The translations under genes and the position numbers were made by a program. Shown one piece after another: positions 31,684 to 35,312 of a DNA stretch of 35,312 nucleotides. The DNA comes from Methanosarcinales archaeon ex4572_44 (GTDB taxonomy: Archaea > Halobacteriota > Methanosarcinia > Methanosarcinales > EX4572-44). Under the pieces are notes generated by a model. It ran no database searches, had not been told where the DNA came from, and worked only from the letters and a program-made list of their open reading frames with translations. The stretch is from assembly GCA_002254825.2 (NCBI GenBank), contig NJEL02000002.1, positions 1 to 35,312 of the forward strand, written 5' to 3'. Position 1 is the first letter of the stretch, and every line of letters begins with the position of its first letter.

Positions 31684-32231
31684 CCAAACCTCTCCTTCAC
31701 ACGATTGACCCACTCAGGCTCAATAACAGCCTCAGATGCAACCACAAGCACCGACTTTGCCCCATATTCCACATGACGCACCCTGAAACCTACAGGGATT
31801 ATCTGAAGTGCAAGCGTAACAAGCTGATCATATATCTCCTTTGAAGGATCAACGATCACAATACCCAGCAACCCATCAAGATCAACACCCTCTTTCTTAA
31901 CCAGAATATGGGATCGTTCAGGCTGCTCCACATTATCCCTCCCATAAATATCCCAAAGCCTCCGCAGTATCTCAGGGATATACCGTTCCTCTCCAATCAC
32001 AAGATCAAACTCATCCCCAACAACACGGGCAACCGAGATGTCATTGATGGTAAGAGGCTTTTCAACCGCCTTGAACTCAATCTGGCACGAGAAGAGAGGG
32101 GTTTTTGGATCAGCATAGATACGAAGAGCATCAAGGTTCTTGACGTTCATATCCATCATCAGGTACTCAACAATCTCACGATACGCAGCAACACCCGCTT
32201 CATCCTCACACTCAACAAACAGATTCTCCAT
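31671..32231 (-). CDS. mmp17: Methanogenesis marker protein 17
   Basis: VEC.DE.G...Y, DP..PLF, E.YIPEIL..LW..YG..NV.QP.R, IPVGFRVR, ASE; SD GGTGA before ATG 32231; directly upstream of mmp7. Confidence 0.85.
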   Translation of the reverse strand: MENLFVECEDEAGVAAYREIVEYLMMDMNVKNLDALRIYADPKTPLFSCQIEFKAVEKPLTINDISVARVVGDEFDLVIGEERYIPEILRRLWDIYGRDNVEQPERSHILVKKEGVDLDGLLGIVIVDPSKEIYDQLVTLALQIIPVGFRVRHVEYGAKSVLVVASEAVIEPEWVNRVKERFGWSS

Positions 32232-32597
32232 AAAGTCACCCGAAACACCAATATTATTCAGATCAAAGATTTGAAAGGTCTTCCGACCCATCGGTTGGAC
32301 AACACTCTAATACCATAAATGGTGACGTGATATATACATTTCGGATTAGAGATCTCTGGAGACAAAATTGGGCGGGGTTCGAGTTTACACAAATTATGCC
32401 ATGTGTCAGCGCAGGTTGAGGTAGTGCTGGTCTTATCATCCTTTTTTGCCGCGGTGTCTGTCCAAACAATTTCGTTTTCTGTTGTTTGGTATTTTTTATT
32501 GCTTTGTAAGTTTACACTTAGCTATAATCGAGAAATCGGGAAATCGAGAAGTGGGGGGCCAGAGAAACATTTTGCATCAAAGATTTTTAAGACTTGA

Positions 32598-34184
32598 TTA
32601 TACTCCTACATCAAGTTCGTAGCTTGGTCGTGTTTCTATCGTCTCGGATCGCTCGTCTTGCATCTGTTCTCTCCAGACTCGTGGTGCGTCCTTGCTCGTT
32701 CCACGTATCTGTGTTGTGCGGCGCTCCCTGATCTCAACGATGATCGGCGTGTTGATTGCAACACCACTTGTGATTGCCTGCCCCCGTGCGAGAGCTGACA
32801 GCTCATCGAGCAGGTCTCTGCTCACCGATTCTATGCTCTCTCCTATCTGCTTTTGGTCTGAGGGATTGATGATTCGCATGGTGACCTGTGTCATACACTG
32901 GGAGAGTGCGTCTGCATCGAGTTTGCTTGGGCGTTGCGAGACCATACACACGCCGATTCCGAATTTCCTACCTTCTGATAGGATTTTTTTGAGTATTTGT
33001 CTCGATTTTGCATCTCCTGTCTGCGGCGCGAACCTGTGTGCCTCTTCGAGTATCACAAATACTGGATGGGGCAGATAGCGCTCAGGTCGGCGTTCTTCGC
33101 TGTAACGCTCATTATCTGTGCCTTCTCGCGCATCGAAGAGTTGGCGGAGCAGAATGGTTGCAATCCACTGCTGTTTCCACTCTCCGATGCCTGAGACATC
33201 CATTATGGTGAGGAGCCCGGGCTGGAAGTACTCGCGCAGTGGGATGCTCCGATAGTCATCGAAGATCTTCTCGCGCACCATTCTATCGTAACGCCAGAGC
33301 AATCCCGCGATGCTCGGCTCATTCGTACCATCACTCAAACCCTCAATAGTCTCACGAAGCTCGTTTTTGGTGAAACTTCGTGTGAGTCTCTTTTCATCCT
33401 TTTTCAAGCTCTCATAAGCCCTCATAAAGAGTGTCTTCATCTTCTCTGACATGTTACCCTCGTCCATGATACTGATGAAATCGCCAGGCGTGAGATCCCC
33501 GACTCTGATCTTTATCTGTTCTGGCTTCACGATCCGCACCCTTGGCCGATACTCCTCTTCCCAGAAGCTGTGATCGTTCTGAATATCGCTCAACACGCCG
33601 TACTCGCCATGTGGATCAAAGATCAAGACCGACGCCATATTCTTCGCCGAGATCAGTTCTTCCACGATCACGCCAACGGTATAGGACTTTCCTGCGCCTG
33701 TTGCAGCGATGATTGAGAGGTGCTGGCTCACCATTTCACGAACAGAGAGCACAGCATCGGTCTTCGTGCCAAGTATCGTGCCGATGTGAGCCGAACCAAC
33801 CTCGCTCGCAGAGACCCTGTTCACATCTGACAGGATCGTGTCGTCCACCCGCTCTATCCTCGTGCCAGAAAGCGGCATCACACGCGGGTTTATGAACTCA
33901 TTAACTATCCTGTCAAAATAGCCCACAACCCGTGCGTGCGCACGATAAAACTGATAATCGCTCGCATCAAGACCGTAAAAGACTGCAACATCTCCAGCGT
34001 CAACCTCAGGATCGAGCAAGAACTCTACAGGGTAATCCCGCAAGGGCTCAGTATGCCTCACACGAGCAAGCACGCGATCACCCCCCAACCGATAGTATAC
34101 AAACTCGCCAGATGCAAAGGAGTGCTTCGTTACAAAGGAAAAACCCTCTCGCGTATGCGTTAACACCACACCAACCGGATTCAC
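32598..34184 (-). CDS. HerA/FtsK-superfamily ATPase (DUF87) with an N-terminal barrel domain
   Basis: HLSIIAATGAGKS (Walker A), FDPHGEY, ILEEAHRFAP (Walker B), EGRKFG, SQRPS. Confidence 0.92.
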   Translation of the reverse strand: MNPVGVVLTHTREGFSFVTKHSFASGEFVYYRLGGDRVLARVRHTEPLRDYPVEFLLDPEVDAGDVAVFYGLDASDYQFYRAHARVVGYFDRIVNEFINPRVMPLSGTRIERVDDTILSDVNRVSASEVGSAHIGTILGTKTDAVLSVREMVSQHLSIIAATGAGKSYTVGVIVEELISAKNMASVLIFDPHGEYGVLSDIQNDHSFWEEEYRPRVRIVKPEQIKIRVGDLTPGDFISIMDEGNMSEKMKTLFMRAYESLKKDEKRLTRSFTKNELRETIEGLSDGTNEPSIAGLLWRYDRMVREKIFDDYRSIPLREYFQPGLLTIMDVSGIGEWKQQWIATILLRQLFDAREGTDNERYSEERRPERYLPHPVFVILEEAHRFAPQTGDAKSRQILKKILSEGRKFGIGVCMVSQRPSKLDADALSQCMTQVTMRIINPSDQKQIGESIESVSRDLLDELSALARGQAITSGVAINTPIIVEIRERRTTQIRGTSKDAPRVWREQMQDERSETIETRPSYELDVGV

Positions 34185-34720
34185 AATACTCCACCCCCTC
34201 TGAGATACTTCCTGACAGGTACAAGCATCGTTTGAGCCTCAGGCAGCACACGCCACAGCTCATCAACAATTGCAAGTAAGACATCATCCCCGAGCGCTTC
34301 ACGATACCGATTGAAATAAGAGATACTAACACTACCAAAAGAGAGATGAAACTTCCTGATCACATCATCCTCCAACCGCCACACCCTGCTGCGAACCTGC
34401 GGCGCCACACGAAGACCGTACCGAACACACTCTCGATAGAGCAGACCAAGCCCAAAAACAAGATAATAACTGGTCCCAAGATCTGCACTGTACGGCAGAT
34501 ACTTCGATTCCATCTCAAAAGATAGCATCGAGACCACATCCTCAGGAATCAAACGCTCCACACCCGTAACCACAGAGACCACTACACCCTCCGCAGACTC
34601 GACCCCAACAAACTCGCCAACACCAGACTCACGAGAAGACCCGAAAACCGCCCTCACAACATACGCATTCACACCATCCACCCGAACAACCTCGCCAAAA
34701 ACAGCATCATCGTCAACCAT
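34181..34720 (-). CDS. Hypothetical protein, probably a stand-alone HAS-barrel protein
   Basis: GEVVRV...GEFVGV....VVSVVTGV...APQVRSRVWRL resembles the HAS barrel; GTGA overlap with the HerA gene. Confidence 0.6.
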   Translation of the reverse strand: MVDDDAVFGEVVRVDGVNAYVVRAVFGSSRESGVGEFVGVESAEGVVVSVVTGVERLIPEDVVSMLSFEMESKYLPYSADLGTSYYLVFGLGLLYRECVRYGLRVAPQVRSRVWRLEDDVIRKFHLSFGSVSISYFNRYREALGDDVLLAIVDELWRVLPEAQTMLVPVRKYLRGGGVL

Positions 34721-34891
34721 AAAACATCACATCCACCACAACCAAAACACAACACCAGAAGAGATATGAGTATATAAACATAGTTACATGATAAAAATCA
34801 TCACCAGAAAAAGAGTTTTTGACTTTTGATGCATGAGAAAATTTAAAAATTATTTTGATCCAGATAAATATTATTTAAACAAACATTTTCT

Positions 34892-35312
34892 TTAGCGTTG
34901 TCTCACTATCTCCCAGATTCGTTTTATCTCATCCGAAACGCTAAAATCGTTAAATTCAACAACAGTCTTGCCCTCAACCATCGCCTCTGTGACTACGGGG
35001 TCAAACGGCACAGAAGCTTTGAATTCGCTCTGTCATCTCAGAATTTATATCATGCTTGTTTATACAAACCATAGCCTCCACGTTGAAGTGATCTGCAAGA
35101 TCCAGCACTCGTTCAAGGTCATGCAGTCCCGACTGGGTGGGTTCTGTTATGATAAGAGCGAGATTGACACCTGTGAGTGATGCGATAACAGGGCATCCGA
35201 TCCCTGGTGAACCGTCGATTATAATGAGATTCTTCCCGCCTCGTTCTGCAATCTCACGCGCATTATTCCTGACAAGTGTTACAAGCTTTCCAGACGCTTC
35301 TTCCGCGATATT
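34892..35312 (-). pseudogene. MinD-superfamily P-loop ATPase with ferredoxin insert (COG1149-like), 3' part, frameshifted
   Basis: Not in the ORF track. Manual translation gives EEASGKLV..IDGSPGIGCPVIAS..TEPTQSGLHDLER..CINK..SFCAV*, then PFDPVVTEAMVEGKTVVEF..IWEIVRQR* in another frame. Confidence 0.8.

Noticed and set aside
32370..32392. GGTTCGAG T-loop-like sequence
   Set aside because: No proper T stem or cloverleaf, so not a tRNA.
1..35312. CRISPR array, IS element, integrase or rRNA
   Set aside because: No regularly spaced repeats, terminal inverted repeats, transposase or integrase motifs, or rRNA-like sequence were seen.

Overview
Archaeal chromosomal window, probably from a Methanomicrobia/Halobacteriota-type MCR-bearing lineage (inferred from methanogenesis marker genes, HLGT-type IleRS and the S3 tail). 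The left part holds a partial tpiA, a PUA-domain gene, rps6e and an intact L3-to-secY ribosomal superoperon. Its S14 gene is absent from the ORF track and appears to start at ATT. The right part holds a TIGR03663-like membrane glycosyltransferase, a GH15 glucoamylase, a six-gene stressosome operon (RsbR, RsbS, RsbT, a second RsbT-like HATPase, RsbX-like PP2C, and an unusual RsbU_N-GAF effector with no catalytic output domain), NUDIX, TatD, leuA, ileS, DUF1624, DtxR, methanogenesis markers 10/7/17, HerA plus a HAS-barrel gene, and a partial COG1149 ATPase. Two patterns are not explained by the gene list. First, five non-core genes each appear to have lost an internal segment, four with a frameshift. 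Second, the + strand switches repeatedly from A/C-rich to G/T-rich at intergenic sites regardless of gene orientation. No rRNA, tRNA, CRISPR array or transposase was recognised. All homology calls come from motif recognition by eye, not from database searches.
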